Shown: piece after piece, positions 51,300 to 61,463 of the stretch
Position numbering within the stretch: position 1 is the stretch's first letter
Layout of the letters: each line of letters starts with the position of its first letter
From: Planctomycetota bacterium
GTDB taxonomy: Bacteria; Planctomycetota; B15-G4
Assembly: GCA_038212275.1 (NCBI GenBank)
Contig: JBBQUR010000010.1
Location: 96,001-160,000 of the forward strand
DNA length: 64,000 nucleotides
Direction: 5' to 3'
Translations under genes and position numbers: made by a program
The notes under the pieces: model-generated
Database searches by the model: none
Seen by the model: only the letters and a program-made list of their open reading frames with translations
What the model was told of the DNA's origin: nothing

Positions 51300-52628
51300 A
51301 TGAACGACGCCTCGCCCGACGCACCCGCCTCGCCCGACGCGTCCGCCTCGCCCGCGGCGCAGCGCGGCCTCCACCGCGACGCGTCGCGCGTGCTCGTCGG
51401 CCTGATGTCGGGCACCTCCGCCGACGGCATCGACGCCGTGGTCGTGCGCCTGACGGGTGCCGGCGAGGCGCCGGACGTGATCGTGCTGTCCCACGAGCAC
51501 GCCGGGTTTCCGCCTGAATTCAGGGCCAGACTGCTGGCGCTTCCCGAGGCGCGCGCGGCCGAGCTCGCCCTGCTGCACGTCGCGCTCGGCCGTCGCTTCG
51601 CCGCCGCAGCGAAGGCTGCGCTTGCCGCGGCGGGCGTCTCGGCGGACGAGGTCGCGGGCATCGGATCGCCGGGCCACACCGCCGTGCACCTGCCGCCGCG
51701 CGTGCACGAACACGACGCCGCCGATCACGCCGCCGATCACGATGCCGGGGGCGCGACGCTGGCGCTCGGCGATGGCGACGTCATCGCCGAGCTCACGGGA
51801 TGCACCGTCGTGTCGGACATGCGCGCGGCGGATCGCGCGGCCGGCGGCCACGGCGCGCCGCTCGTGCCCTGGGCCAACGCCCGGCTGTTGCGGAATCGCG
51901 GCGGGGCGCGTGCCGATGCCGGCGCACGCCGCCACGACGTCGTGCGCGGCGCGCTCAATCTCGGCGGCATCGCGAACATCACCGTCGTGCCGCCGCAGGG
52001 CGATCCCGTCGCCTTCGACACGGGCCCCGGCAACATGCTGCTCGATGCGGCCATCGCGCAGCTCACGCACGGCAGCCAGTTGTTCGATCGCGACGGCGCG
52101 CTGGGCCTCGCCGGTCGCGTCGACGAGGTCTGGCTGGAACAGCTCGTGCGCGACGACGACTTCTTCGCGCAGCGGCCGCCGCGCTCGACGGGACGCGAGC
52201 GTTACGGCGAGGCCTGGCTCGCGCGGCATGCGGCGCGACTGACGCGCGGCCCCGCGAGCGAGGTCGCCGCGACGCTGGCGGCCTACACGGTGGAAGGCGT
52301 CGTGCTCGCCCTCGAGCGCTTCGTGCAGCCGCGTCCCGCGGACCTCGTCGTGTCGGGCGGTGGCGCCTTCAATCGCTGTCTCATGGCGCGTCTCGCCGAG
52401 CGTCTGCCGGACGTGAAGGTGTGGACCAGCGAACAGGCGCTGGGCATCCCGGTGCTGGCGATGGAGGCGCTGGCCTTCGCGCTCATCGCGGACGCCACGC
52501 TGCGCGGCGAAGCTTCCAACGTGCCGTCCGTGACGGGCGCGCGCCACGCGGCCATCCTCGGCAAACTGAGCGCGCCGCCGCCCCGGCAGGGCCCTCGTGC
52601 TTGCGGCCCGCGCGGAAGCCCGGCATGA
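51300..52628 (+). CDS. anmK: Anhydro-N-acetylmuramic acid kinase
   Basis: GLMSGTSADGID, DRAAGGHGAPLVP, LNLGGIANIT, FDTGPGN, STGRE, EALAFA. Confidence 0.93.
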   Translation: MNDASPDAPASPDASASPAAQRGLHRDASRVLVGLMSGTSADGIDAVVVRLTGAGEAPDVIVLSHEHAGFPPEFRARLLALPEARAAELALLHVALGRRFAAAAKAALAAAGVSADEVAGIGSPGHTAVHLPPRVHEHDAADHAADHDAGGATLALGDGDVIAELTGCTVVSDMRAADRAAGGHGAPLVPWANARLLRNRGGARADAGARRHDVVRGALNLGGIANITVVPPQGDPVAFDTGPGNMLLDAAIAQLTHGSQLFDRDGALGLAGRVDEVWLEQLVRDDDFFAQRPPRSTGRERYGEAWLARHAARLTRGPASEVAATLAAYTVEGVVLALERFVQPRPADLVVSGGGAFNRCLMARLAERLPDVKVWTSEQALGIPVLAMEALAFALIADATLRGEASNVPSVTGARHAAILGKLSAPPPRQGPRACGPRGSPA

Positions 52629-52637
52629 TCCCGCGCC

Positions 52638-53498
52638 ATGCAACCCGTACACATCGGCGTCATCGGCGGCAGCGGTCTCTACGAGATGGAAGGGCTCTCG
52701 GACATCGAGCGCGTCAAGCCGAACACGAGTTTCGGCCCGCCGTCTGACGAGATCACCGTGGCCTCGCTCTCGGGCGTGCGCCTCGCCTTCCTGCCGCGCC
52801 ACGGCCGCGGCCACCGCCTGCTTCCCACCGAGGTGCCGTCGCGCGCGAACATCGCCGCGCTGAAGAGCCTCGGCGTGCAGAAGATCCTGTCCTTCTCCGC
52901 GGTGGGCAGCCTGCGCGAGGACCTCGCGCCGCGCGACTTCGTCATCCCGGACCAGGTGGTGGACCGCACGCGGCATCGCCCCGACACGTTCTTCGGCGAC
53001 GGCATCGTCGGGCATGTCGGCTTCGCGGACCCGTTCGCCAACAAGCTGGGCGACGTGATGTTCGACGCGCTGAAGGGCATGCCCGTCAAGTCGCATCGCG
53101 GCGGCACGCTGGTCTGCATGGAAGGGCCGCTGTTCAGCACGCGCGCGGAGTCCGAGCTGTATCGTTCGTGGGGCTGTCACCTCATCAACATGTCGGCGAT
53201 CCCGGAGTCCAAGCTCGCGCGCGAAGCCGGCATCGAATACGCGCTCATCTGCATGGTCACGGACTACGACTGCTGGCACACCTCGCACGCCGACGTGGAC
53301 ATCCAGATGGTCATCGCCAATCTCACGGCGAACGCCGGCAATGCCTGCGAGCTGATCCGCCGGGCGCTTCCCGCCGTGGCCGCCGCGCCGCGCGACATGG
53401 CCATCGCCAACGCAAGCGAGTTCGCCGTGATCACCGCGCCGGACAAGCGCCCGCCGGCCGCCGTCGCCAGACTGCACGGAATCATCGACGGGATCTGA
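52638..53498 (+). CDS. mtnP: S-methyl-5'-thioadenosine phosphorylase
   Basis: IGVIGGSGLY, FLPRHGRGH, EGPLFSTRAES, VTDYDCW. Confidence 0.93.
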   Translation: MQPVHIGVIGGSGLYEMEGLSDIERVKPNTSFGPPSDEITVASLSGVRLAFLPRHGRGHRLLPTEVPSRANIAALKSLGVQKILSFSAVGSLREDLAPRDFVIPDQVVDRTRHRPDTFFGDGIVGHVGFADPFANKLGDVMFDALKGMPVKSHRGGTLVCMEGPLFSTRAESELYRSWGCHLINMSAIPESKLAREAGIEYALICMVTDYDCWHTSHADVDIQMVIANLTANAGNACELIRRALPAVAAAPRDMAIANASEFAVITAPDKRPPAAVARLHGIIDGI

Positions 53499-53552
53499 GG
53501 CGGGCCGCGAGAGATCCGCGGCGAGGCGCAGCGGAAGCGGCATGGCGCGCGT

Positions 53553-54128
53553 TCAGCGCGGTGTGCCGCCGCGTTCGAGCAGCATGAGCAGCTCCTGCAC
53601 GATTGTGCGGCCGGCATCCTGTGCATACCAGGCCATGACCGGCGCGTAGAAAGCACCGAGTGTCTCCTTCGTCGGTGCGCCGAGAAGCGCGCGACGCGCC
53701 CGGAACAGCGCCTGCAGCGGAGCGGGGCGCGGGCCCCACGCGCCGAGACACTCGCCGTGTTCGTCGCGCACGATCGCGATGGGAATCGCGCGGCCGCCGT
53801 GCGTGAGGAAGCGGCTCAGCAGATCCGGGTGATCGTCCGATGGCAGGCATCGCAGCGTGAGCGACGGCGCGACCTCCGCGGCGCGTGCGAGGAAGGGCAC
53901 GGAGCGGAGCGCATCGCCGCACCAGTCCTCGGTGAGCACGAGCACCTCGCGCGGGCCGGGGAGCGCAGCGAGGCGCGCGGCTTCGTCGGCGTGCACCGTC
54001 GCGCGCTGCCAGTTGGCCTCCCAGAGCTCGCGCTTGTCGTGCACGGACTCGAGGTAGGCGGGCCAGGAGAGGGCGGCATTCCAGCCTGCAGTGATGAGTG
54101 TGGACGCGGCGGGCTCGGAGCTGTTCAT
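53553..54128 (-). CDS. Thioredoxin-family protein (single-Cys WCGD type)
   Basis: VLTEDWCGDA, GGRAIP, WGPRP. Confidence 0.85.
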   Translation of the reverse strand: MNSSEPAASTLITAGWNAALSWPAYLESVHDKRELWEANWQRATVHADEAARLAALPGPREVLVLTEDWCGDALRSVPFLARAAEVAPSLTLRCLPSDDHPDLLSRFLTHGGRAIPIAIVRDEHGECLGAWGPRPAPLQALFRARRALLGAPTKETLGAFYAPVMAWYAQDAGRTIVQELLMLLERGGTPR

Positions 54129-54232
54129 GGGGGCCGAGAATAGCCTCGAGGCCGAAGCCCGCTTGTCGCATGTCGGCCGATGCTCGTGGTGGATTACGCT
54201 GCGATGTCCTACTCACTCCCCGGAGCCGCCCC

Positions 54233-54397
54233 ATGTCCGTCCAAGTGAAGATCTTCAGCAGCAACGCGCGCAGCATGGGAGACATCTGCGCGGACGCGGC
54301 GGATTTCGCGACCGAGCTGGGGCCTGAGCGCCTCATCAACATCAGCCACACGAAGGAAGACACCGCGATCTGGGTCGCGGTCTGGTACTGGGCCTGA
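54233..54397 (+). CDS. Small hypothetical protein
   Basis: GGAG RBS; MSVQVKIFSS...AADFATELGPERLINISH...VAVWYW; coding-like codon usage. Confidence 0.65.
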   Translation: MSVQVKIFSSNARSMGDICADAADFATELGPERLINISHTKEDTAIWVAVWYWA

Positions 54398-54575
54398 GGC
54401 GGCCGCACGGGCACGCGCTGCGGCACGCTGGCCGGGACCGTCGGGGGCGGGGTATGGTCGCGCGGACGCTCTGCGCCCGCTGTCCGCTTGAGATGCCCGG
54501 CATGACGGCCGAAAGAGTCGGCTCGCCGCTCGCGCCTCCCGCCGCGGGCACGCGCCGTGCAGTGCGCCTCACCCT

Positions 54576-55937
54576 TTGAGGATCCCCGTCTTGACCGTCG
54601 ACTGGAACGCCGCGAACGCGGCCCACCTGCTCCGCCGCGCCGGGTTCGGCGGCACGCGCAAGGAAATCGACAAGGCGCTGAAGGCTGGCTTGGACAAGAC
54701 GCTGGCGTCCCTGCTCAAGCCCGAGAAGTCGAAGTTCAAGCCGCCCACGTCGGTGGACAACCTGCAGCGGCTGCAGAGCTGGTGGGTGGCGCGCATGCTG
54801 AAGAGCAAGCATCCGCTCACCGAGAAGCTCACGCTGTTCTGGCACAACCACTTCGCGACCTCGATCGCGAAGGTGGGCGACCTGCAGCTCATGGCGCTGC
54901 ACATGGGCACGCTGCAGTCATACGCCTTCGGCACCTTCGAGGACATGCTGCTCGCGGTGAGCCGCGACCCCGCGATGCTCATCTGGCTGGACAACAGGGT
55001 CAACTACGCCAACAGCATCAACGAGAACTACGCGCGCGAGCTGCAGGAGCTGTTCACGACCGGCGTGCTCGACAGGAACGGGCAACCCAACTACACGGAA
55101 CAGGAGGTCATCGAGGTAGCGCGTGCCTTCACCGGCTGGTCACTGAGCCACGATGAGTTCACGTTCAAGGCCAACAAGCACGACTCCGGCAGCAAGACCT
55201 TCAAGGGCGTGACGGGCGCGCTGGACGGCACGGACGTCATCGCGATCCTCGCCGCCGATGCGGCCACGGCGCGCCGCATCCCGCAGAAGCTGTGGTCCTT
55301 CTTCGCGTACCCGATCGCCCTCGATGATCCGCTCTGCGACGAGCTTGAACAGCTCTACACGTCCAGCGGCGGCCAAATCGCCGCCGTCCTCGACGGCATC
55401 TTCCGGCACGACGCGTTCTACTCCGTCACCGCGCAGCGCGCGCTGGTGAAGAGTCCGGTGGAGTTCTTCGTCGGCGCGGTGCACCTGCTGCAGGGCAAGC
55501 AGCACTCGGGCTACCCGTACGAGATCGGCGACGTGCTCGAGGAACTCGGCCAGTCGCTCTTCGCGCCGCCGTCGGTCTTCGGCTGGAAGGAAGGCCTGAA
55601 GTGGGTCTCCACCTCGGGCCTGCTCGCGCGGAACACCCGCGGCGAATGGATCGCCGACGCGCGCGACAAGGATCATCCGGTCCAGTACAAGCCGGCGAAG
55701 CTGCTGGGCAAGAAGAAGGACTGGGCAACGCTGGACGCCGCGGGCCTGGTGCAGCGCGTGCTGGACGAGCTCGATACGACCGCCTCGCCCGCGACGCTCG
55801 CCGCGCTGGCCGCCTACGTGCTGGCCGACGACAGCGGCGTGCCGCAGCCGCTCGTCATCGATGACGACTTCGTGGACCGCAAGCTGCGCGGCCTGGTCTC
55901 GCTCGTGCTCGGCACTCCCGACTTCCAATTGGCCTGA
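54576..55937 (+). CDS. DUF1800 family protein
   Basis: AAHLLRRAGFG, EKLTLFWHNHFATS, DPAMLIWLDN, NENYARELQELFT, PPSVFGW. Confidence 0.92.
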   Translation: MRIPVLTVDWNAANAAHLLRRAGFGGTRKEIDKALKAGLDKTLASLLKPEKSKFKPPTSVDNLQRLQSWWVARMLKSKHPLTEKLTLFWHNHFATSIAKVGDLQLMALHMGTLQSYAFGTFEDMLLAVSRDPAMLIWLDNRVNYANSINENYARELQELFTTGVLDRNGQPNYTEQEVIEVARAFTGWSLSHDEFTFKANKHDSGSKTFKGVTGALDGTDVIAILAADAATARRIPQKLWSFFAYPIALDDPLCDELEQLYTSSGGQIAAVLDGIFRHDAFYSVTAQRALVKSPVEFFVGAVHLLQGKQHSGYPYEIGDVLEELGQSLFAPPSVFGWKEGLKWVSTSGLLARNTRGEWIADARDKDHPVQYKPAKLLGKKKDWATLDAAGLVQRVLDELDTTASPATLAALAAYVLADDSGVPQPLVIDDDFVDRKLRGLVSLVLGTPDFQLA

Positions 55938-55944
55938 CGCCACC

Positions 55945-57186
55945 ATGACCATCTCACGCCGCGACTTCCTCAGGAACTTCGTGCTCGTCCCGGCCGGCTT
56001 CGCGCTGCTTCCGCAGAGCCTGCTGCGCGCCGTCATGGCGCCGTCCGGCGCCGGCACGCGCAACCTCGTGCTCATCGACCTGCGCGGCGGCAACGACGGA
56101 CTCAACATGGTCGTGCCCTACGGCCTCGCCGGCGGCACCTACTCCAGCGAGTTCCGCCCGACGCTCGGCGTGCCGCTCTCCGGCGTGCTCCCGCTCGGCG
56201 GTGGCATCGGACTCAACCCGGGCATGACCGCGCTGAAGTCCCACTTCGACGCGGGCCGCCTCGCCATCGCGCAGGGCGTGAGCTACGCGAACCCGAGTTT
56301 CTCGCACGAGGTCGCGCAGCGCGTCTGGGAGAAGGGCGATCCCGGCGACGCCGCGGCGGACGGCTGGCTCGGCCGCTTCCTCGCGGGCCTCGGCGCGCCG
56401 GCCTCACCCAACGCCGTCGCCGTCAGCGACACGCTCACGCTCGCGCTCACCGGCTCGGGCAGCTTCGTGCCCAACTTCGACAAGCTGTCGGATTTCGCCT
56501 TTCCGTCGGACTCCCATCACCCAGGCGACAAGGGCAATCGCCGCGCGGCGTACTCGGCGATCGCGTCGGGACTCGCAGGCGCGGACTCGCAGCTTGCGAC
56601 GATGGCCGCCTCGTCCGCCGGCATCCTCGATCTCATCGACGTCTTCGCGACGGTGCCGCCCTTCCCGCACGTCGGCACCTATCCCACGAACACGAGCCTC
56701 AGCACGAGCCTGAAGCTCAGCGCGCGACTGCTCAACGCCGACATCGGCATGCGCTACTTCCACCTGCCGTGGGGCGGCTTCGACACGCACGCCGACCAGG
56801 AAGTGGATGGCTATCACACCACGCGCATGCAGAAGCTCAGCGATGCGATGGACGCGTTCTGGCAGGACCTCTCGTCCGTGGGACTTGCCGGCGACACGCT
56901 CGTCGTCGTCGTGAGCGAGTTCGGGCGCACGGTGTACGAGAATGGCAGCGGCGGCACCGATCACGGTTCGGTGAATCCGGTGCTCGTCTTCGGCAACGGC
57001 GCGGCCGGCGGATTCGCTTCCGCGCATCCGAGCATGGATCCCGTCGATCTGGGTGAAAACGGCGAACTGCCGATGACCACCGACCTGCGCGACGTGCTGG
57101 GCACGCTGGTCCAGGAGTGGCTCGGAGGGGATGCGGGCGCGGTTTTCCCGGGGCATGTGCTGAGCACGCTTCCGCTCGTCGCTTGA
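55945..57186 (+). CDS. DUF1501 family protein (Tat signal)
   Basis: [32 protein letters not shown]. Confidence 0.92.
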   Translation: MTISRRDFLRNFVLVPAGFALLPQSLLRAVMAPSGAGTRNLVLIDLRGGNDGLNMVVPYGLAGGTYSSEFRPTLGVPLSGVLPLGGGIGLNPGMTALKSHFDAGRLAIAQGVSYANPSFSHEVAQRVWEKGDPGDAAADGWLGRFLAGLGAPASPNAVAVSDTLTLALTGSGSFVPNFDKLSDFAFPSDSHHPGDKGNRRAAYSAIASGLAGADSQLATMAASSAGILDLIDVFATVPPFPHVGTYPTNTSLSTSLKLSARLLNADIGMRYFHLPWGGFDTHADQEVDGYHTTRMQKLSDAMDAFWQDLSSVGLAGDTLVVVVSEFGRTVYENGSGGTDHGSVNPVLVFGNGAAGGFASAHPSMDPVDLGENGELPMTTDLRDVLGTLVQEWLGGDAGAVFPGHVLSTLPLVA

Positions 57187-57304
57187 GTCGTCTGCTATCG
57201 GTGCGGGAGCGACAGCCGTTCGGGCGGCAGTTCCCCTTGACCGCGATCCCGGCGTAGTCTCTTGGGACTCAGACAGGCTCCTGCCGGTCCACGGAGCTCC
57301 CAAG

Positions 57305-60220
57305 ATGTGCATCCCCCCGAAGACAATCGCCCCGGCTCCTCGTGCCTTTCGCCGCCGCGCGTCCCTCGCCGTCGCAGCGCTCGCGCTGGCGTGCGTCGCA
57401 GGTGGCGCCAGCGCGAGCGCGTCGGCGCAGGCCGACGGCAATCCGCTGCCGCTGGCCGATCCGCCGACACCGCTGCGCATTCACACCAGCCTTTACCGCA
57501 ACAGCGGCACCAAGTATCTGCCGTTCACGGCGGCCAGCAAGTCATCCTTCCAGGTGCTCGTGCGCCTGTTCGACGGCCCCGCCGGAGAACCGATCTACGA
57601 CGAGTTCGGCGTGCCGTGGGAGGAGCTGATCACCATCGCGTCGTCGTCCTCCGCACCGTCGAGTCCCGACAGCGGGCAGCTCTCGGAGCCCGCGGCAGTG
57701 AAGGGCGAGGTCGACCTGCTCATCGGCGGCAGCAGGCCGCTGCCCTCCAACCTGATGCAGCTCGACGTGTGGTTCAGCACGGAGGTGCACACGCTGAAGA
57801 ACGGCGTCGTCGCCAAGACCTACGCGGCCTCGCCGCGGCAACCCTTCGGCGTGAGCGGCTTCACCTCGGGACAGAGCCTCGCGCCCCGCAACCTCGTCAT
57901 CGGCGGGCAGACGGTCATCGACCAGAGCGGCGCGTGGGTCGGTCCGCCCATCGAGGGCGTCGTCGTCGAAGGCCCGCCCGGTCCCGCCGGCCCCGCGGGC
58001 CCGGTCGGCCCGGTCGGCGCGACCGGCGCTACGGGTCCGCAGGGGGTGGCCGGCATCGATGGCGCGGCTGGTGCCGACGGTGCCCCGGGACCCGCAGGTC
58101 CGCCCGGCGCGACAGGCGCGACAGGCGCGACAGGCATAACGGGGCCGCCCGGTGCGAAAGGCGCGACAGGTGACCTCGGTGCGATGGGCCCGCAGGGATT
58201 GCCCGGCAACGACGGCGCGGACGGCGCACCCGGCCCAGCCGGCCCCGTCGGCCCGCAGGGTGACATCGGGCCGATCGGTGCACCCGGCGGCCCCGGACCG
58301 ACAGGCCCGCAGGGTCTTCCCGGCAGCGACGGTACAAATGGAGCCGACGGCGCGCCTGGCCCAGCAGGCCCGGCAGGTCCAGCCGGCGACGTGGGTCCGA
58401 TCGGTGCCCAAGGTGACCCCGGTTCGATGGGCCCGCAGGGATTTCCCGGCAACGACGGCGCCGCTGGCCCGCCCGGTGTGGACGGTGCGCCCGGTGTGGA
58501 CGGTGCACCTGGGGCCTCTGGCCTGCCCGGCGCGGACGGTGCCCCCGGCATGGACGGCGCACCCGGTCCGACGGGCCCCGCGGGACTGCCTGGCGCCGAT
58601 GGCGCAAATGGAGCCGACGGTGCGCCTGGCCCGGCAGGTCCGGCAGGTCCGGCCGGCGACGTGGGTCCGATCGGTGCCCAAGGTGACGCCGGTCCGATGG
58701 GCCCGCAGGGATTGCCCGGCAACGACGGCGCCACTGGCCCGCCCGGCGCCGACGGCGCACCCGGTATGGACGGTGCGCCCGGCGCCGACGGTGCACCCGG
58801 GGCCGACGGCCTGCCTGGCGCGGACGGTGCCCCCGGCATGGATGGCGCACCCGGTCCGACGGGCCCCGCGGGTCTGCCTGGCGCCGATGGCGCAAATGGA
58901 GCCGACGGTGCACCCGGCCCGGCAGGTCCAGCCGGCGACGTGGGTCCGATCGGCGCCCAAGGTGACGCCGGTCCGATGGGCCCGCAGGGATTGCCCGGCA
59001 GCGACGGTGCACCCGGCCTCGACGGCGCGCCCGGCGCCGACGGAGTGCCCGGGCCGGCCGGCGACGTGGGGCCAGCGGGCGCGGATGGCGTGGACGGCGC
59101 CGACGGCGCGCCCGGCCTCGATGGCGCGTCCGGTCCGCAGGGACCTGCGGGCCCGACGTTCACGGGCGGCACGGTGAGCAGCCTGACGGTCACGTCGGGC
59201 GGCACGAGCATCTCGGCGCAAGGCGACATCGTCGCGGACGGCGCGCTGTCGTCGGGCGTCGGCACGATCAAGACCGGTGGCGGCATCGCCGGCCCGATGC
59301 GCCTCGAGTCCAACTTCGACATCGCGTTCGTGAGCGATGCGGACAACAACAGCCCCGACCCCTGGTTCCAGTGGTACCGCGGCCCCGTGAGCGCCGGCAA
59401 TGTCACGGCGCGACTCACGCAGACCGGCAATCACTTCATCGATGGCGCGTACTTCGGCGGCGGTGCCGACCTGGCGGAGTACTACCCGACCAGCGATGGC
59501 ACGCTTGCCGCGCAGCACGGCGCCCTGGTGGCGATCGACCCGGCACACGCGGCGCACGTGCAGCTTGCGCGTCGCGGCGTCGCGGAGGCGCTGCTCGGCG
59601 TCATCTCCACGCGGCCCGGCATGGTGCTCGGCAACGGCGGCATCGATGGCGATCAGCCCGAGCTGCTGCGCGCGGCGGAGCTGGCGCGCCTTGACGGCAA
59701 TGACGGCCTCGCCGCGGCGTTGCGCAGCGAGTGGGATGCGGCGCAGGAGCGCCGGACTGATCGCGTGCTCATCGCGCTGGCCGGCCGCGTGCCGTTGCGC
59801 GTGGACTCGTCCGGCGGCGTCATCGCGCCGGGAGATCGGCTGGGCCTCGGCACCGAGCCCGGCGCCGCCGCGCGCTGGAACGGTGTGGGTCCGGTGGTGG
59901 CCGTCGCCCTCGACGCGTGGCACGGCGCGTCCGGCGACGGCGACACGGTGCTCGCCTTCGTGTCGCTCGAGCGCGGCGGCCCGGTGTCAGCCGCCGCGAC
60001 ACTCGCTCCGCTTACCGGCAGCGGCACGATTCCACGCGGCGCGACGCAACGCGTCGTGCCGGTCGCGGGCATGACCGCGCAGGGCCAGCCGCTCGTCACG
60101 CTCTACGGCGACCCGGGCGGTCGCTGGTGGATCGGCGCGCGCGAAGCAGGCCGCTTCACGATCGTGCTCGCGCAGCCCGCGCCGGATGATCTCGACTTCG
60201 GATACCTGCTGCAGCGCTGA
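57305..60220 (+). CDS. Secreted collagen-like protein with C-terminal intramolecular chaperone/auto-cleavage-like domain
   Basis: Signal peptide; about 130 uninterrupted Gly-X-Y triplets (57971-59157); GADLAEYY...GVISTRPG...ALAGRVP. Confidence 0.85.
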   Translation: MCIPPKTIAPAPRAFRRRASLAVAALALACVAGGASASASAQADGNPLPLADPPTPLRIHTSLYRNSGTKYLPFTAASKSSFQVLVRLFDGPAGEPIYDEFGVPWEELITIASSSSAPSSPDSGQLSEPAAVKGEVDLLIGGSRPLPSNLMQLDVWFSTEVHTLKNGVVAKTYAASPRQPFGVSGFTSGQSLAPRNLVIGGQTVIDQSGAWVGPPIEGVVVEGPPGPAGPAGPVGPVGATGATGPQGVAGIDGAAGADGAPGPAGPPGATGATGATGITGPPGAKGATGDLGAMGPQGLPGNDGADGAPGPAGPVGPQGDIGPIGAPGGPGPTGPQGLPGSDGTNGADGAPGPAGPAGPAGDVGPIGAQGDPGSMGPQGFPGNDGAAGPPGVDGAPGVDGAPGASGLPGADGAPGMDGAPGPTGPAGLPGADGANGADGAPGPAGPAGPAGDVGPIGAQGDAGPMGPQGLPGNDGATGPPGADGAPGMDGAPGADGAPGADGLPGADGAPGMDGAPGPTGPAGLPGADGANGADGAPGPAGPAGDVGPIGAQGDAGPMGPQGLPGSDGAPGLDGAPGADGVPGPAGDVGPAGADGVDGADGAPGLDGASGPQGPAGPTFTGGTVSSLTVTSGGTSISAQGDIVADGALSSGVGTIKTGGGIAGPMRLESNFDIAFVSDADNNSPDPWFQWYRGPVSAGNVTARLTQTGNHFIDGAYFGGGADLAEYYPTSDGTLAAQHGALVAIDPAHAAHVQLARRGVAEALLGVISTRPGMVLGNGGIDGDQPELLRAAELARLDGNDGLAAALRSEWDAAQERRTDRVLIALAGRVPLRVDSSGGVIAPGDRLGLGTEPGAAARWNGVGPVVAVALDAWHGASGDGDTVLAFVSLERGGPVSAAATLAPLTGSGTIPRGATQRVVPVAGMTAQGQPLVTLYGDPGGRWWIGAREAGRFTIVLAQPAPDDLDFGYLLQR

Positions 60221-60261
60221 GCGCCAACCCTGCCGCCTCGTGCCGGGCCCTGCGGCCTCAC

Positions 60262-60283
60262 GTCCAGACGCGATCCTGATGCG
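60262..60283 (+). promoter_or_regulatory. Direct-repeat motif shared with the kdp upstream region
   Basis: GTCCAGACGCGATCCTGATGCG, 18/22 identical to 61216-61237. Confidence 0.5.
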
Positions 60284-60397
60284 CAACGTCCGTCTCTTGC
60301 ACCTGCCTGATGTCCATGCTGCTTTCATGCAGGCATGCATCAAATCCGCGTGTACACAGTGCAACCCGCGCGCCGCCGGGCGGCGTGCCGACATGCC

Positions 60398-61186
60398 ATG
60401 GCGCGGTGCGTGCCGCCAGGCCTTTTCGCGCTCGCGCTGCTGGCCGGCGCGTGCACCGCGCCGCCGGCCGACACGCCCGCGGCCACGCCGCAGCGCCCGA
60501 CTTTCGGCTCCAGCGCGACGACGACGGCGGCGGGCACCATCGAGGTCGAGTGGGGCGTGCTGCAGGACCCGGGCGACCTGACCGACACGCCGCTGACGGT
60601 GAAGTTCGGCGCCGACGAGCACACCGAATACTTCGTGCGCGCGTCGCCGCTGATTCACGTCGTGGGTGACAGCGAGAGGCACTCCGGCTTCGGGGACCTC
60701 GGGCTGGGCGGGCGCTGGCGCGTGCAGGACGAGAGTCCGGACAGCGCGGCGTGGGCGCTGCAGGCCGCGCTCAAATTCCCGACGGCGAGCGAGGACGAGG
60801 GCCTCGGCACGGGCAACCAGGATGCGCTGCTCGCCGTGATCCGCACGCGCACGATCGGCGCCGCCACCTTCAACGCCTTCTACCAGCTCGAACTGCTGGG
60901 GCAGGATGGCTCGCAGGTGGATGTCGGGCACGATCTCGCGCTGGCGCTCGGCGCTCCGGTGGATGGCCGGCTCTCGGCCTTCGGCGAACTGACGGAACAC
61001 TGGATACCGGAGCAGGACATCCAGGCGCTCTTCCTGACGACGGGGCTCGCCTTCGCGGTGACTCCCGCGTGGGTGCTCGACACGGCGGTCATCGTCGGCC
61101 TGAACGACGACGCGCCGGGACTGCAGGTCACCGTCGGCTTCACGCGCAACTTCGGGCGCTTCCGGCCGGAACCGGAGGGCCCGTGA
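60398..61186 (+). CDS. Outer-membrane beta-barrel/transporter (phenol MetA-pathway-like family)
   Basis: QRPTF, SGFGDLGLGGRW, LKFPTA..GLGTG, alternating C-terminal strand VTVGFTRNF. Confidence 0.7.
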   Translation: MARCVPPGLFALALLAGACTAPPADTPAATPQRPTFGSSATTTAAGTIEVEWGVLQDPGDLTDTPLTVKFGADEHTEYFVRASPLIHVVGDSERHSGFGDLGLGGRWRVQDESPDSAAWALQAALKFPTASEDEGLGTGNQDALLAVIRTRTIGAATFNAFYQLELLGQDGSQVDVGHDLALALGAPVDGRLSAFGELTEHWIPEQDIQALFLTTGLAFAVTPAWVLDTAVIVGLNDDAPGLQVTVGFTRNFGRFRPEPEGP

Positions 61187-61215
61187 GGCCGCGCAGCGCG
61201 TCGAGCGCACCTCCA

Positions 61216-61237
61216 GTCCTGACACTTTCCTGATGCG
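61216..61237 (+). promoter_or_regulatory. Putative KdpE/OmpR-type direct-repeat binding site
   Basis: GTCCTGACACTTTCCTGATGCG: TCCTGA repeated at 11-bp spacing upstream of the kdp operon. Confidence 0.55.
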
Positions 61238-61278
61238 GTGCACGACATGCTTGCAGCGCAGATGATGAGGAGCGCGAC

Positions 61279-61374
61279 ATGGACGACCTGATCTGGTGTG
61301 CGGCCGCGGTGGCCTTCTTCGTGCTGACGGCCGGCATGCTGGCGCTGTTCGAGCGCCTGCGGAGGCAGCCATGA
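61279..61374 (+). CDS. 31-aa membrane peptide upstream of kdpF
   Basis: [44 protein letters not shown] overlap with kdpF. Confidence 0.7.
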   Translation: MDDLIWCAAAVAFFVLTAGMLALFERLRRQP

Positions 61375-61463
61375 GTTCGCTGGCCGGAATCGGCGCCGTA
61401 CTCGCGGCGCTGCTGCTGGTCTACCTGCTGGTGGCGCTGCTCGCACCGGAGCGATTGCAATGA
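61371..61463 (+). CDS. kdpF: K+-transporting ATPase subunit F
   Basis: [30 protein letters not shown] (YL..AL..PE motif); overlaps the kdpA start. Confidence 0.85.
   Translation: MSSLAGIGAVLAALLLVYLLVALLAPERLQ

Noticed and set aside
57971..59157. Collagen gene as evidence of a prophage tail fibre
   Set aside because: It has a signal peptide and host-like composition, and no phage genes are nearby
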